A DNA stretch of 64,000 nt from Dehalococcoidia bacterium (lineage in GTDB: Bacteria > Chloroflexota > Dehalococcoidia > Lucifugimonadales > UBA3495). A program made the translations under genes and the position numbers. The DNA is taken from the NCBI GenBank assembly GCA_965217175.1, contig OZ244251.1:2992682-3056681 (forward strand), given 5' to 3'. The notes under the pieces are model-generated. The model had not been told where the DNA came from and did no database searches. It saw only the letters and a list, made by a program, of their open reading frames with translations. Of the stretch, positions 1 to 10,151 are shown in pieces (position 1 is the first letter of the stretch; every line of letters starts with the position of its first letter).

Positions 1-211
1 CTGCGGCGGACGCTCCTCCCTCGAGGTCGCGGAGGCATTCCTCCAGCTGATTTCGGGTGGGGTTGCCCGAGCGGCTGTAGGCGAAACCGCGGGGATAGGT
101 TCCATCGGGCGCTCGCTCGAAGGTGGTGGACATGTGAATCGGGGGCGTAACGGCCCCCGTCTCTGGATCCACCGAGCGTCCGCTATGAACCGCCAGAGTC
201 TCGATTTTCAT
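1..211 (-). CDS. PLP-dependent Cys/Met-metabolism enzyme (cystathionine gamma-synthase/lyase or O-acetylhomoserine sulfhydrylase family), N-terminal part, continues past left edge
   Basis: Own minus-strand translation from ATG at 209-211: MKIETLAVHSGRSVDPETGAVTPPIHMSTTFERAPDGTYPRGFAYSRSGNPTRNQLEECL. This is the typical N-terminus of the family. Not in the ORF track because no stop lies in the window. Confidence 0.7.
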   Translation of the reverse strand, partial: MKIETLAVHSGRSVDPETGAVTPPIHMSTTFERAPDGTYPRGFAYSRSGNPTRNQLEECLRDLEGGASAA

Positions 212-367
212 GTTTGCTCCTTACCAACGACGATGGGAGTGCAATTCTATCCGATGGGGGATTGCAGGGCGTTTTGCTTGCATCGGGTCAAACACCACAA
301 CTAGAATCGGGCTACTGATCTGTCTCAATCCACAGGTATCTTTTACCAACACCGGGAGGGCGACACC

Positions 368-2116
368 ATGGCCACCAGTCTCGCAGGGCAAATAATGGCC
401 GGCACCGTAGCAGAATTGAAGACGGCGGGATGCCGGGTGGTAACCGGCGGTGGGCACACGATTGCGGTAATCTACCACGACGGCCAGGTTTACGCGGTGG
501 ACAATCGATGTCCGCACATGGGTTTTCCGCTGGATCGTGGCAGCGTGAGAGACGGCATTCTGACCTGCCACTGGCATCATGCCAGGTTCGATCTGTCCAG
601 CGGCGGGACGTTCAACCCGTTCGCCGATGACGTGCGTAGTTTCCCAGTGACCGTAATCGATGAGCAGGTTTGGGTGGACCCACAACCCGCCCAACGGGAT
701 GAGATACAGCATTGGTCGGGCCGGCTGCAGGATGGATTGGAGCACAATATCCGCCTGGTGACTGCGAAATCGGTGCTGGGGCTCCACTCCGCTGGCGCCG
801 GATATCGAGAGGCATTGCGAATCGGCGCTGAGTTTGGGACGACCTACACCTCTGCCGGGTGGGGTGCGGCCATGACCATTCTCACGGCGACGGCCAATAT
901 CCTACCGCACCTCGCGGAGAACGACCACCCGGTGGCCATGTACCAGGGATTGTTGCACGTGGCCCGGGAGTGCGCGGGTAGGCCGCCCCGCTTCGTTGTG
1001 GACCCGTTGCCGACTGGGGAGACTCGCCCGGCTGTCTTCAAGCAATGGTTCCGCGGGTTTATCGACGTGCGAGATGAAGACGCGGCCGAGCGGTGTTTGC
1101 GGACTGCTGTCCAGTTGGGATTTTCGCCGGTGGACATAGCAGACATGGTCTTTGCCGCTGCCACCGACCACATTTATCTGGACGCCGGCCATGTGGTGGA
1201 CTTCGCCAACAAGGCTTTCGAGCTGCTTGATCACATCGGCTGGGAACATGCCAGCCAGGTGTTGACCAGCCTGGTACACGGGATGGCCAGCGCCCGGCGG
1301 AGTCAGGAGATGAGCTCCTGGCGCCATCCCATCGATGTGGCATCCCTGGTCTGGCAGGCCCGGGAAGAATTGCCCGAACTGTATCAGCAGGGCCGCGACA
1401 AGGGTGCGAACTGGACCGGGGCTGACGCACTGGCCACGGAGATGTTGGGCGACTCGCCGGCGGATATCTTGGTGGCGATCAAGGAAGCGATAAAATCCGG
1501 GGCGACTGCGGACGACTTGGGTTCAGCCGTGGCCTATGCCGCGTTCCTGAGGATGGCTCACTTTCACGTGTCCAACGAGTTCAACGACTGGGACACGGTT
1601 CACAACACATTGACCGCAGCCAACGCGCTGCACCAGGCGTTGAAACGCGCTCCCTCGCCGGAGCTGATGCGGGGGGTCTTCGATGTGGCAATGAGCGTGT
1701 ACCTGGACCGGTTCCTCAATATGCCGCCGCAACGCATCCCTGAAACGGGCGTTGAACCGGTGGATGGGGCGCAAGTGCTGACCGAGATTCGGGAGCACAT
1801 GGATGTTCGGCAGCAGGTGGAGGAAGTGTCGCATCTGGTGTCGCAGTACATCACCGGCTCGGGCGACCCGGGCGCGCTGGTGGCTGAACTCGGGCGCGGG
1901 ATGCTGATGGAGGACGCCGGGTTCCACTCCTTCCAGATCGTGGACGCCGGGTTCAAGCAGTACCAGAGCCGGCGGGGCACCGAGTCGGGGCGACACGTGC
2001 TGATCGGTATGGCGCGGTTTCTGGCAGCCCACGCTCCCACGCCCCGGGCGGTTGGCCAAACCTACCAGATTGCCCTGCGCCTGCATCGCGGCGAAGAGAT
2101 ATTCCGTGATCAGTAG
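368..2116 (+). CDS. Rieske [2Fe-2S] domain protein with long helical C-terminal domain
   Basis: 582-aa ORF with Rieske ligand motifs CPHMG...CHWHHARF near the N-terminus. Natural composition, versus Arg/Pro-rich shadow ORFs in other frames. Confidence 0.85.
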   Translation: MATSLAGQIMAGTVAELKTAGCRVVTGGGHTIAVIYHDGQVYAVDNRCPHMGFPLDRGSVRDGILTCHWHHARFDLSSGGTFNPFADDVRSFPVTVIDEQVWVDPQPAQRDEIQHWSGRLQDGLEHNIRLVTAKSVLGLHSAGAGYREALRIGAEFGTTYTSAGWGAAMTILTATANILPHLAENDHPVAMYQGLLHVARECAGRPPRFVVDPLPTGETRPAVFKQWFRGFIDVRDEDAAERCLRTAVQLGFSPVDIADMVFAAATDHIYLDAGHVVDFANKAFELLDHIGWEHASQVLTSLVHGMASARRSQEMSSWRHPIDVASLVWQAREELPELYQQGRDKGANWTGADALATEMLGDSPADILVAIKEAIKSGATADDLGSAVAYAAFLRMAHFHVSNEFNDWDTVHNTLTAANALHQALKRAPSPELMRGVFDVAMSVYLDRFLNMPPQRIPETGVEPVDGAQVLTEIREHMDVRQQVEEVSHLVSQYITGSGDPGALVAELGRGMLMEDAGFHSFQIVDAGFKQYQSRRGTESGRHVLIGMARFLAAHAPTPRAVGQTYQIALRLHRGEEIFRDQ

Positions 2117-2150
2117 AGATGGTCAACCCCAACCTGCCGCCAGGCGCGGC

Positions 2151-2393
2151 ATGAAAGAAATGCTGGCGATCGGGAGATGGAGAATAGCCGGCGTATTGAT
2201 AAGCCTGGTGGTCATCCGAGTGATCGCATCGATCGGGTTCAAGCTGGCCGGCATTGAGCAGGGCGACGGTTTCGACGTACGGTTGGCGCTGGTGACGGTG
2301 GTCGACTCAGTGTGCATCGTGCTGGCCGTGATCGCCATCGTTGGGTTCGTGCTGTACGGCAGGATATACAACGCCCGCGTTCCGACGGAGTAA
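2151..2393 (+). CDS. small hypothetical membrane protein
   Basis: ATG at 2151 inside track ORF 2052..2393. Hydrophobic segments IAGVLISLVVIRVIASIGF and VCIVLAVIAIVGFVLYG. The upstream part of the track ORF overlaps the Rieske gene. Confidence 0.4.
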   Translation: MKEMLAIGRWRIAGVLISLVVIRVIASIGFKLAGIEQGDGFDVRLALVTVVDSVCIVLAVIAIVGFVLYGRIYNARVPTE

Positions 2394-2436
2394 TTAATCG
2401 GGCGGCGGCGGGAGGCCCGATTGATCCGTCGGGGTG

Positions 2437-2862
2437 TTAACGACTCTCGACCAAGGCTCTCAGCAGCCGGAGTTGCTTGCCGTCGGAGAACCGAACCGCG
2501 AGGCGGATCAGCGGTGAGATCATTCGCCACCTCAGGCCGGTGAACTGGCAGTTTGCGACCAGTGTTACGCGAGTGGAACGCTCTCCCATGGCGTGCACCC
2601 CGTAGGCGTAATCGGCGGTGACTCCGCCCTGGACCGACCGCAGCACTATCGACTGTCCGTCCTCACAATGGACGATGGTGGTGGAGCGATCTGCTCCGCG
2701 GGCGCGGAACGTCAGTACCGTTCCGGTTTTTGTCTCCCCATCACCCTGCAAACGGTCAATCCCCGGCATCCACTGATGCGCGTTGTTCCAGTCAGTCAGA
2801 GCTTCCCACACCTCGCTGGCCGGCCTGTGGATGGTTTCTTCGACAGAGAACGATTGCGCCAT
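2437..2862 (-). CDS. SRPBCC (START/polyketide-cyclase-like) family protein
   Basis: Internal ATG at 2862 preceded by GAGGAGAGG. MAQSFSVEETIHRPASEVWEALTDWNNAHQWMPG is a typical SRPBCC N-terminus. Confidence 0.7.
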   Translation of the reverse strand: MAQSFSVEETIHRPASEVWEALTDWNNAHQWMPGIDRLQGDGETKTGTVLTFRARGADRSTTIVHCEDGQSIVLRSVQGGVTADYAYGVHAMGERSTRVTLVANCQFTGLRWRMISPLIRLAVRFSDGKQLRLLRALVESR

Positions 2863-2923
2863 GATTTGCCTCCTCTCCTCGACGAATTTATAACTGACGA
2901 CCTCGCGCAGTATTGAACGAATT

Positions 2924-3781
2924 TCACATGGGTACGAATCCCGAGGCGTGGATTGTCTCATCGGGGCTGTAGGCGGCGCGCTGGGCAGCAATGTAGCCGG
3001 AGGGCGTTACACCGGTATGGTGTTTGAAATCGCGAATAAGGTGGGCCTGGTCGGACCAACCCAGCCTGGCTGCGAGGTCAACCCAATCGATGCGGCCATA
3101 CACGTCGAGTTCGTCGAGGAGGCGCCGGACGCGGAGCAGCCGGGCCAGCTTGCGGGGAGTCAACCCGACCACGCGGGCCAACTCCCGGTCGAGGTGTCCG
3201 TGGGATATGCCCAGTTCGGCGGCGATATCGGCTATGGGTCGGGCGGGATTTTGCTGCAGCATGGCGACGGCGCGGCCGCATCGTTTGAGGCCCGCGATTT
3301 CGATCCGGATCGACCCCAGGGCGCATTCCAGCAGGTCAAGCATCGCTTCCGGATTTTCGCACGACAGTAACTGATCACGTATCTGCGCGGCTGGCGGCCA
3401 GATGGGTTCGAGATGTACGGCACGTCCGCGAATGTGGGACGGCCGGACGCCGAACAGCCCTTCGCAACCGATGGGCGTTGTTACTATCCCGACAGCAAAG
3501 GTTTCTCCGGTGGGCTCGTTGATGGCCGGACGATCGTGGGGACCGACCAGGAAGCCGCGTGCGGCCCGCAGGGTTCCGCCGGCGCCGTGGTCTGCGGTGT
3601 GGAGAATGGGATCACCGAGGACGAAGACAGCCACCGAAGAACCGGTCGGCGCGATCTTCTCCCGCGTGTACGTTATCGTTCCGCGAGCGTACCAAAGCGA
3701 TTCAACCAGTTGGTCAAGCGGAGGCTTCGGGATGCGGCTGCGGAAATCAAACGCCGGCGACGATGCGTTCACGTCATTCAA
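2924..3781 (-). CDS. AraC-family transcriptional regulator
   Basis: C-terminal double HTH (IADIAAELGISHGHLDRELARVVGLTPRKLARLLRVRR ... LGWSDQAHLIRDFKHHTGVTPSGY). The track ORF runs to 3976 but would overlap the next gene; TTG at 3781 or GTG at 3772 are more plausible starts. Start uncertain. Confidence 0.75.
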   Translation of the reverse strand: MNDVNASSPAFDFRSRIPKPPLDQLVESLWYARGTITYTREKIAPTGSSVAVFVLGDPILHTADHGAGGTLRAARGFLVGPHDRPAINEPTGETFAVGIVTTPIGCEGLFGVRPSHIRGRAVHLEPIWPPAAQIRDQLLSCENPEAMLDLLECALGSIRIEIAGLKRCGRAVAMLQQNPARPIADIAAELGISHGHLDRELARVVGLTPRKLARLLRVRRLLDELDVYGRIDWVDLAARLGWSDQAHLIRDFKHHTGVTPSGYIAAQRAAYSPDETIHASGFVPM

Positions 3782-3866
3782 CCGCAGGTCATCGTCAGCG
3801 CGGGGACACGGAGCGCTGGCCTGAGATTGGCCGGGCACGATAGGCAGCGTCAGGGGTCGCGGGCAG

Positions 3867-4703
3867 TCATGTCCTGCGGACGAGCTTCTGCACGCGTTGA
3901 TTCCCCACGTCCACGCCGTAAATATCTCCCCTGGAGTCGGTGTAAACCTGGTGCGCGTGCTCGAAGGTTCTGCCACGGGCCAGGAGCTCGCCGTCCAGGT
4001 TCAGGATGCTGATGCGCGGTATTTGATCCGTAACGTACACGGTCTGCTGGGCGTCGATGTGCACTCCCATGGGGCACTTGAAGTCGGTCCACTGATCCAG
4101 AAATACGCCGTCGACTGTGAAGACCTGCACCCGGTTATTTTCCCGATCGGCAACGTAAACCCTGCCGTCGTTGGACACCCGAACGCTGTGAGGCACCAGA
4201 AACTCACCGGGCCCCCGGCCGGGGCTACCGAAGGACGTAATATGAGATCCGTCGGCGGCGAACCGGTGCACACTGGAATTGCCGTATCCGTCGGCCACAA
4301 ATAGCTCTCCGGAGGGAGCGACGCAGATGTCCGCCGGATGATTGAAGGGAGCCTGGAGAGATGCCTGATCGCGGGTGCCCAGGGATCCCACCAGCTCGCC
4401 ATCTGTGGAGTATTTCAACACCTGGTGGGCATCGCGGTCCACGAGGTAAACGGTGTCATCGGGGCCGATGTGAATATGGTGAGCGTCGGCGGGCACGCCC
4501 TCCCGCCTGGGCCAGGAGGAAAGCAAATTGCCGTCCCGATCGAATACCAGCACCGGCGGCCCCTGCCTCTGAAAGACGTAGACGCGATCACCGGAATCAA
4601 CGGCCACACCGCTGGCACCCTGAAAGTCAGAGCCGGCAGGCAGCTTGGCCCATTCTGGCCGGTATTCGTAAACGTAGTCTCCCATCCCGATGGTTATTGA
4701 CAT
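3867..4703 (-). CDS. NHL-repeat six-bladed beta-propeller protein (peptidyl-alpha-hydroxyglycine lyase-like)
   Basis: Repeated blades: GVAVDSGDRVYVFQR, IHIGPDDTVYLVDRDAHQVLKY, ICVAPSGELFVADGYGNSSVHRF, VRVSNDGRVYVADRENNRVQVF. ATG at 4703 preceded by GGGAG. Confidence 0.8.
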   Translation of the reverse strand: MSITIGMGDYVYEYRPEWAKLPAGSDFQGASGVAVDSGDRVYVFQRQGPPVLVFDRDGNLLSSWPRREGVPADAHHIHIGPDDTVYLVDRDAHQVLKYSTDGELVGSLGTRDQASLQAPFNHPADICVAPSGELFVADGYGNSSVHRFAADGSHITSFGSPGRGPGEFLVPHSVRVSNDGRVYVADRENNRVQVFTVDGVFLDQWTDFKCPMGVHIDAQQTVYVTDQIPRISILNLDGELLARGRTFEHAHQVYTDSRGDIYGVDVGNQRVQKLVRRT

Positions 4704-4797
4704 AAGGATAGTCTCCCTGTGGTGGAACCGCTTCAACAGCGCTTTAGCGCAGTGAGTTGCGGGCGGAGGTAGTCAAATCGATGCCGATAGTACCGGT

Positions 4798-6210
4798 CTA
4801 CGCCGATCTCTCGGGCCACACCGGGTCGTGGTAACCCAGAGGAACCGAGGGCCGGGCCCAGTAGGGTCGGGTCTCGGAGAGCTGCAACACCGGCGCCAGG
4901 TGGCGCAGACGACCTCCCGGGGCATCGCTGGCGGTGGACCAACGCTCGATTTCATCGGGAGTAAATTCCTTCGGCACGTCCTGCAGCTCTGATTCTGGCA
5001 CCTGACCCTTTTCAACCAGCCAACGTCCCGTCTGCGCCAGGGAAATGCGAACCAGCCAGCTGCCCCCTTCACGGACGCGTCGGCTCAACGCTACGAGAGC
5101 GCCAAAGGCCATGAGGTAGCCGGTGAGATAGTCGATAGCCGACACCGGATAGAACTGGGGTCCTGGCGCGCCGCCGGGGAACAACTCGCCCTGCCGGTCG
5201 GTTATGCCGCTGACAGTTTGCACCACGGTATCGAATCCGCGACGGGTGGCCCAGGGCCCTACCCGGCCAAAGGCGGACAACGATACATAGACGATTCCCG
5301 GCCGTAGTTCCGCCAGATCCTGGGGTGAAAGTCCGCGTTGGGCGAGAGTGCCCGGGCGGTATCCCTGGGAGAAAACGTCGGCTTCCCTGGCCAGCCCCCG
5401 CAGAGTCTCCACGTCCTGCTGTTCCCGCAGGTCGAGGAAGGTGGAGAGCTTGCCGTGGCCGGTGTCGAATTCCTGGGTCGTGTTGCTGGGCAGATGGCTG
5501 GCGGCGATCTTCATCACGTCGGCTCCGTGTTCAGCCAGGGTGCGGGCGCAGGTTGGCCCGGCCAAAACGCGGGTGAGGTCCAGCACCCGGATGCCGGACA
5601 GGGGCCGGGAACCGTCGGGCAGGGGTTGGGGCGGACAGTCGCCGATCTTTTCGATCTCAAGGAGCGGCAAAGTGGCGATTGCTGCGGCCTGAGGGTGTTG
5701 GGCCCACTCGGCCATGGAGCGAACCATGCCGCCGGCGCCGTTGGCGGCGATGATGGCCTCCTCGAGTTCCAGGGCATCCCAACCTGCCACCGCTCGCGTC
5801 ACGGCGTCACGGTCTTCTTCGACGCCGAGGACGCCCAACGCTGCCGCGCGATGGTTGGGGAAATTACAGTGGAGATAGCTCCAGCGTCCATTTTTGGCCG
5901 GATAAACTCCCATCACCGAAGGGCGTTCGCGGGCAACCGACGCTCCATCCATCGCCAGATACTGGCTGCTGCGCAGGGACGCCGTTGCCTGCCGGGCGTC
6001 GACTTTGACGTCCTGGCGACGTCCGGTGCGTAGTTCCCAAAGATCGGAAACGGCAAGGCCGACGGCGGCCAGGCTGGCCGCGGCGGTCTCTCCGATTCGG
6101 AAGGGGGTTGGCAGGATGGGGTCGACGCCTCCCGAGAACTGAACTTCAGTTGCGCGTTGCTGGTCCAAACCCGGAATGGATAGAAGCGTGGATAGAACTG
6201 AGTCGCTCAC
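4798..6210 (-). CDS. CoA-transferase family III (CaiB/BaiF-type)
   Basis: 470-aa ORF with the hallmark RVLDLTRVLAGPTCARTLAEHGADVMKI. GTG start with AAGGAG upstream. Confidence 0.9.
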   Translation of the reverse strand: MSDSVLSTLLSIPGLDQQRATEVQFSGGVDPILPTPFRIGETAAASLAAVGLAVSDLWELRTGRRQDVKVDARQATASLRSSQYLAMDGASVARERPSVMGVYPAKNGRWSYLHCNFPNHRAAALGVLGVEEDRDAVTRAVAGWDALELEEAIIAANGAGGMVRSMAEWAQHPQAAAIATLPLLEIEKIGDCPPQPLPDGSRPLSGIRVLDLTRVLAGPTCARTLAEHGADVMKIAASHLPSNTTQEFDTGHGKLSTFLDLREQQDVETLRGLAREADVFSQGYRPGTLAQRGLSPQDLAELRPGIVYVSLSAFGRVGPWATRRGFDTVVQTVSGITDRQGELFPGGAPGPQFYPVSAIDYLTGYLMAFGALVALSRRVREGGSWLVRISLAQTGRWLVEKGQVPESELQDVPKEFTPDEIERWSTASDAPGGRLRHLAPVLQLSETRPYWARPSVPLGYHDPVWPERSA

Positions 6211-6841
6211 TGGGGAATTGCTCCTTATTTATTGCGTGTCGGCTGCGCCCCCGAGGCGGTATGCACCCCGGTGCCCTTGAACGTCAATCAAGACACGGGA
6301 TGATCTCGGCATGGGCCAACAGCGAGGCGCGCGTTGGTCATTTGGTTGACGGTATTGCTGGTCTCGTCGGCCAAATGGTACAGGAACCCATGCTCGTAAT
6401 CAATTTGAACCAGTTGTCACCAGATCGGGCAGGGTAGTAGCAGAGTGATGCCGTAGGGCGCCGAATTTTGGAGCTTTAGCCCGGCGGTCTGCATCCATTT
6501 TGGCGAGCTGACGTCACATGGTGAAGGTATGTCAGCCCCGGCAAATCAGGCAGATACGGCGTCAATCAATGACCAGGAAACACGCACCGGTGAACCCTTC
6601 CAGACGCTCAACAGCGGGTGGCCCGCGAATCCGGTACAATAGGCTCCGAAGGGCTTTCCCCAGACAACCTGCAACGGCCCGCTTTCTCCTGGAGACGAAC
6701 GTCGGCGGTGGCGGTTTGCTCTGGCGATGGGGGACAACAGGCGGCCGGGATCAAGGAAAGCTTGGCTCGATTGGACCTTTCGCCGGGAGTGGGTAACTGC
6801 GTTGGGATTCGGACGCGTCGAGCCAGCAGGAGGCAGCAAAG

Positions 6842-7777
6842 ATGGCAGCACTGGTATTGCAAACGGCCATAGGCAACTACGGCCACACGACTGGGTTGAA
6901 GGACGGTACCGTCACATCCGGCATGTTCAATATGGAACATATCGAGGTGTCGCCGGTGACCAGCATCTTCCGCCGCATGGTGCGCGGCCTGGAATTTGAC
7001 GTTGCGGAAATGGCGCTTTCGACCTACATTTGCGCCCGTTCCCACGGCAAGCCTTTCACCGGCATCCCGATCTTTCTGACCAGGGCCTTCTATCATGGGG
7101 GGTTGGTATACAACCGGCGCAGTGGCATCGAGTCCCCCAGGGATCTGGAGGGACGGAAGGTGGGAGTGCGCAGCTATACCCTGACGCCGGGGGTGTGGAC
7201 CCGAGGAATTTTGCAGACCGAGTACGGTGTCGACCTGGACTCGGTGACGTGGGTGCTGTCGGGAGACGAGCACGTGGCGGAGTACGTTGCGCCGCCGAAC
7301 GTGGTGTCGTCGAGCAACAACAACCTGGGCGAAATGCTCCTGTCGGGAGAAATAGACGCTGCTATTGGGGCAGGACCAGTGGATTCGCCAGACGTTTTGC
7401 CGCTGTTCCAGGAACCGGACGAAGCCGACGCGGCCTGGCACCGGAAGACCGGCATCTATCCCATCAGTCACATGCTGGTGGTGAAGGATGATGCGCTGCA
7501 GTCGAATCCCGACCTGGCGCACGAGCTATTTGAAGTGTTCAAAGCGGCCAAGGCGCCGTACATCGAGCGCCTTCGATCCGGGGATGATTCGAGTCCGGCA
7601 GACCGGGCGCTGCTGAAGATGGCCGATGTGGTGGGGGATGATCCCGTTCCATACGGCTTCGAGAGTTCGCGCACCACCCTGGAAGCATTCGTCGGTTTCA
7701 ACGTGGAACAGGGTGTGATCACGGACAAGGTGAGCGCAGAAGAGCTATTCTCTTCTGCCACGCTTTCACTAGCCTGA
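6842..7777 (+). CDS. 4,5-dihydroxyphthalate decarboxylase-like (PhtD / NMT1-type periplasmic-binding fold) protein
   Basis: AGGAGG 8 nt upstream of ATG. FRRMVRGLEFDVAEMALSTY and LEGRKVGVRSYTLTPGVWTRGILQTEYGV match my recollection of PhtD-type decarboxylases. Confidence 0.65.
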   Translation: MAALVLQTAIGNYGHTTGLKDGTVTSGMFNMEHIEVSPVTSIFRRMVRGLEFDVAEMALSTYICARSHGKPFTGIPIFLTRAFYHGGLVYNRRSGIESPRDLEGRKVGVRSYTLTPGVWTRGILQTEYGVDLDSVTWVLSGDEHVAEYVAPPNVVSSSNNNLGEMLLSGEIDAAIGAGPVDSPDVLPLFQEPDEADAAWHRKTGIYPISHMLVVKDDALQSNPDLAHELFEVFKAAKAPYIERLRSGDDSSPADRALLKMADVVGDDPVPYGFESSRTTLEAFVGFNVEQGVITDKVSAEELFSSATLSLA

Positions 7778-7852
7778 CGGCGGCGCGGGCGTGATTCTAA
7801 ATTTGGTGGCCCGTATTACAGCTTCCATTGAGGATTAACGCCCGGAGGCGGC

Positions 7853-8770
7853 ATGGCGAAGTATTCGTTTCGTATTCCCAACGCAGACTACCTGGGATTC
7901 CCGGCCACCCCGGAGGCGATCATAACGACCGCGTGTAAGGCCGAAGAGTCGGGTTTTGACGCCCTTTTCGTCAACGACCACGTGATTGTGGACGATTCTG
8001 CGCGCAACGACCTGTGGCGGAATGTGTATGACCCTCTGATGGTACTTTCGTACGTGGCGGCCCGGACGTCCACGGTGATGCTGGGAACGTCGGTGCTCAT
8101 AATGCCGTACCGCAATCCCATAGTGACGGCCAAAATGATTGCCACCCTGGACCAGATGTCGGGAGGGCGGGCGATCGCCGGAGTGGGAGCGGGCTGGAAC
8201 GAAGCCGAATATGACACCCTGGGCGTACCGTACCGGCAACGCGGTGCGCGAACCAACGAATACCTGCGCCTGTGGCAAGCGTGTTGGGAGCCGGGCCCCA
8301 CCACCTTCCACGGCAGGTTCTTCTCGTTCGATAACATGCACGTTAATCCGAAGCCCGTTCAGCAGCCCCATCCACCGATATGGATCGGTGGGTCGAGTCA
8401 CGCTTCGTTGCGGCGGGCGGCCCGCTTTGCCGATGTGTGGCAACCCACGCCCACGCCACTGACGGACCTGATCAGCAAACAGGCCTATCTGCGCGATGTT
8501 TGTGCAGAGGCGGGGAGAGAGGACGTGCCTCGGACGCGCATGAGCTTCCGGGTCAATTTTAGCAGCATTACCGGCAGTTCCAGTGCCGGCGGCGACAGGC
8601 CCACCGGCCAGGGAAGCGCAGAACAGGTCGCATCGGACATGAAACGCTACCGGCAGGAAGCAGGTTTGGAGGAGTTCCAGATCAATTTCAACGGCTGCGG
8701 TAACTTGCAACAGTTGCTGGATTCAATGGACGCGCTGGTTCAAGATGTGATCCCAAGGGTCGATGCTTAA
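7853..8770 (+). CDS. LLM-class (luciferase-like) F420-dependent oxidoreductase
   Basis: 305-aa ORF with GGAGG upstream. ESGFDALFVNDHV, GRAIAGVGAGWNEAEY and HPPIWIGG are typical of the LLM family. Confidence 0.85.
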   Translation: MAKYSFRIPNADYLGFPATPEAIITTACKAEESGFDALFVNDHVIVDDSARNDLWRNVYDPLMVLSYVAARTSTVMLGTSVLIMPYRNPIVTAKMIATLDQMSGGRAIAGVGAGWNEAEYDTLGVPYRQRGARTNEYLRLWQACWEPGPTTFHGRFFSFDNMHVNPKPVQQPHPPIWIGGSSHASLRRAARFADVWQPTPTPLTDLISKQAYLRDVCAEAGREDVPRTRMSFRVNFSSITGSSSAGGDRPTGQGSAEQVASDMKRYRQEAGLEEFQINFNGCGNLQQLLDSMDALVQDVIPRVDA

Positions 8771-8838
8771 ACAACCAGCGTCCGTTCAACGAGGACTGAA
8801 TCGTACCAACACGTGAGGAATGGGAGTGACTGGATAAC

Positions 8839-10014
8839 TTGAAAGCTTTTCCCACCGATCGAACCGAGAATCGCCGGGTCCTGATGGATGCGGTGGAGGC
8901 GGTCCGCGCCACGCTGGAGGCGGGTACGCAGGAAGCCGAGGAGACCGCCACGCTGCCGCTGAAGTCGGTGGAGGCGCTCTATGACTCAGGGTTGCTGCGT
9001 TTGAAGCTGCCCCATGTATTGGGCGGCGCCGAAGCCGACCCGATGACTCAGCTTGACGTGCTGGAGGCGGTGAGCCGCATTGACCCGTCGGTGGGGTGGT
9101 GCCTGATGATCGGCGCGGCCAGCCTGGGGAGCCTGGCGGCGTTCCTCCCCGATGACGCCGTTGACGAGATTTTTGTGGACGGGATGCCACCGCGGGTCGC
9201 GGGCGCGTTCGCACCCTTTGGCACGGCGGTGCCCGCGGCCGGGGGCTACCGGGTTACCGGGCGATGGCCGTTCGGCAGCGGAGTGCGGCATTCTCAGTGG
9301 GTTTCGGCCGGCGCCCGGGTGACAACGGAATCAGCGGGCTATCCGCCCCAGCTGCGTTGCGTGATGCCCACCGCCAACGTAAAGATTCACGACAACTGGG
9401 ACGTGATGGGCCTGCGCGGCACCGGGAGTTGTGACTTCTCGGTGGAAGACCTGTTCGTTCCGGACAGATTTGCGTGGGATGTGTCGTTGACGGAGCCGAG
9501 GAGGGGTGGAGCGCTGTACCGGTTGGGCCGGCCCGGCTTTGTCACCAACGAGCACTCGGCCTTTGCCCTGGGTGTGGGTCGCCGCGCTCTGGACGCCGTG
9601 ACCGAGGTGGCCGTGTCGAAGTCCCGCGGTTACAACTCCACCAACCTGCTGGCTGACCGGCCGACGCTGCAGCGGGCCCTGGGGGAATGCGACCTTAAGC
9701 TCCGGGCAGCGAGAGCCCTGAACGTGGAGATACTGGAGGAAGCCTGGCAGTCGGTATGTGACGGCCAAACGCCTGCTCCGCCGTTGCAGGCACAGCTGCG
9801 CGGCTGCGCTACCTACACCACCGACGTGGCTGCCGACGTTGTTGCCAAGGCGTTCCGGTACGGTGGTGGGTCGGCGCTGTTCATGTCCAGCGTGCTTCAA
9901 CGATGCCTGCGGGACATCAACGCCGCCGCCCAGCACCAGATGGTCAGCGATGCCGCTTACGAAAATCACGGACAGTTCCTACTGGGGCTGCCCGGCGCGA
10001 GGCCGATGGAATAG
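8839..10014 (+). CDS. acyl-CoA dehydrogenase-fold flavoenzyme (type-2 ACAD / flavin monooxygenase-like)
   Basis: 391-aa ORF with ACAD-like N, middle (GGYRVTGRWPFGSGVRHSQW, DNWDVMGLRGTGSCDF) and C-terminal helical domains. TTG start in the track; ATG at 8884 also possible. Confidence 0.85.
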   Translation: MKAFPTDRTENRRVLMDAVEAVRATLEAGTQEAEETATLPLKSVEALYDSGLLRLKLPHVLGGAEADPMTQLDVLEAVSRIDPSVGWCLMIGAASLGSLAAFLPDDAVDEIFVDGMPPRVAGAFAPFGTAVPAAGGYRVTGRWPFGSGVRHSQWVSAGARVTTESAGYPPQLRCVMPTANVKIHDNWDVMGLRGTGSCDFSVEDLFVPDRFAWDVSLTEPRRGGALYRLGRPGFVTNEHSAFALGVGRRALDAVTEVAVSKSRGYNSTNLLADRPTLQRALGECDLKLRAARALNVEILEEAWQSVCDGQTPAPPLQAQLRGCATYTTDVAADVVAKAFRYGGGSALFMSSVLQRCLRDINAAAQHQMVSDAAYENHGQFLLGLPGARPME

Positions 10015-10091
10015 GGCTTGGTCCAGTGGAGCGCCGAACCAGCGCAGGCGGCGGGATTGCCACGTCGCTGCGCTCCACGCAATGACAGGTG

Positions 10092-10149
10092 GGCCCTTCG
10101 ACAGGCTTAGGATGATGCTTCGCCGGGCTAAGGATGCGAGGGCCTTTTT
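10092..10149 (+). repeat. two tandem ~20-nt motif units (CCTTCGACAGGCTTAGGATG / GCTTCGCCGGGCTAAGGATG) bracketed by GGCCCT...AGGGCC and followed by TTTTT
   Basis: Read directly at 10095-10136, between convergent genes. The bracket plus T-run is terminator-like. The motif family recurs inside IS21 (see findings). Confidence 0.6.
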
Positions 10150-10151
10150 GA

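Noticed and set aside
6211-6841. Unusually long (630 nt) divergent intergenic region; looked for a small regulator or RNA
   Set aside because: All ORFs there are short, Arg/Pro-rich or lack SD sequences. No structured-RNA signature recognised. Left unannotated.
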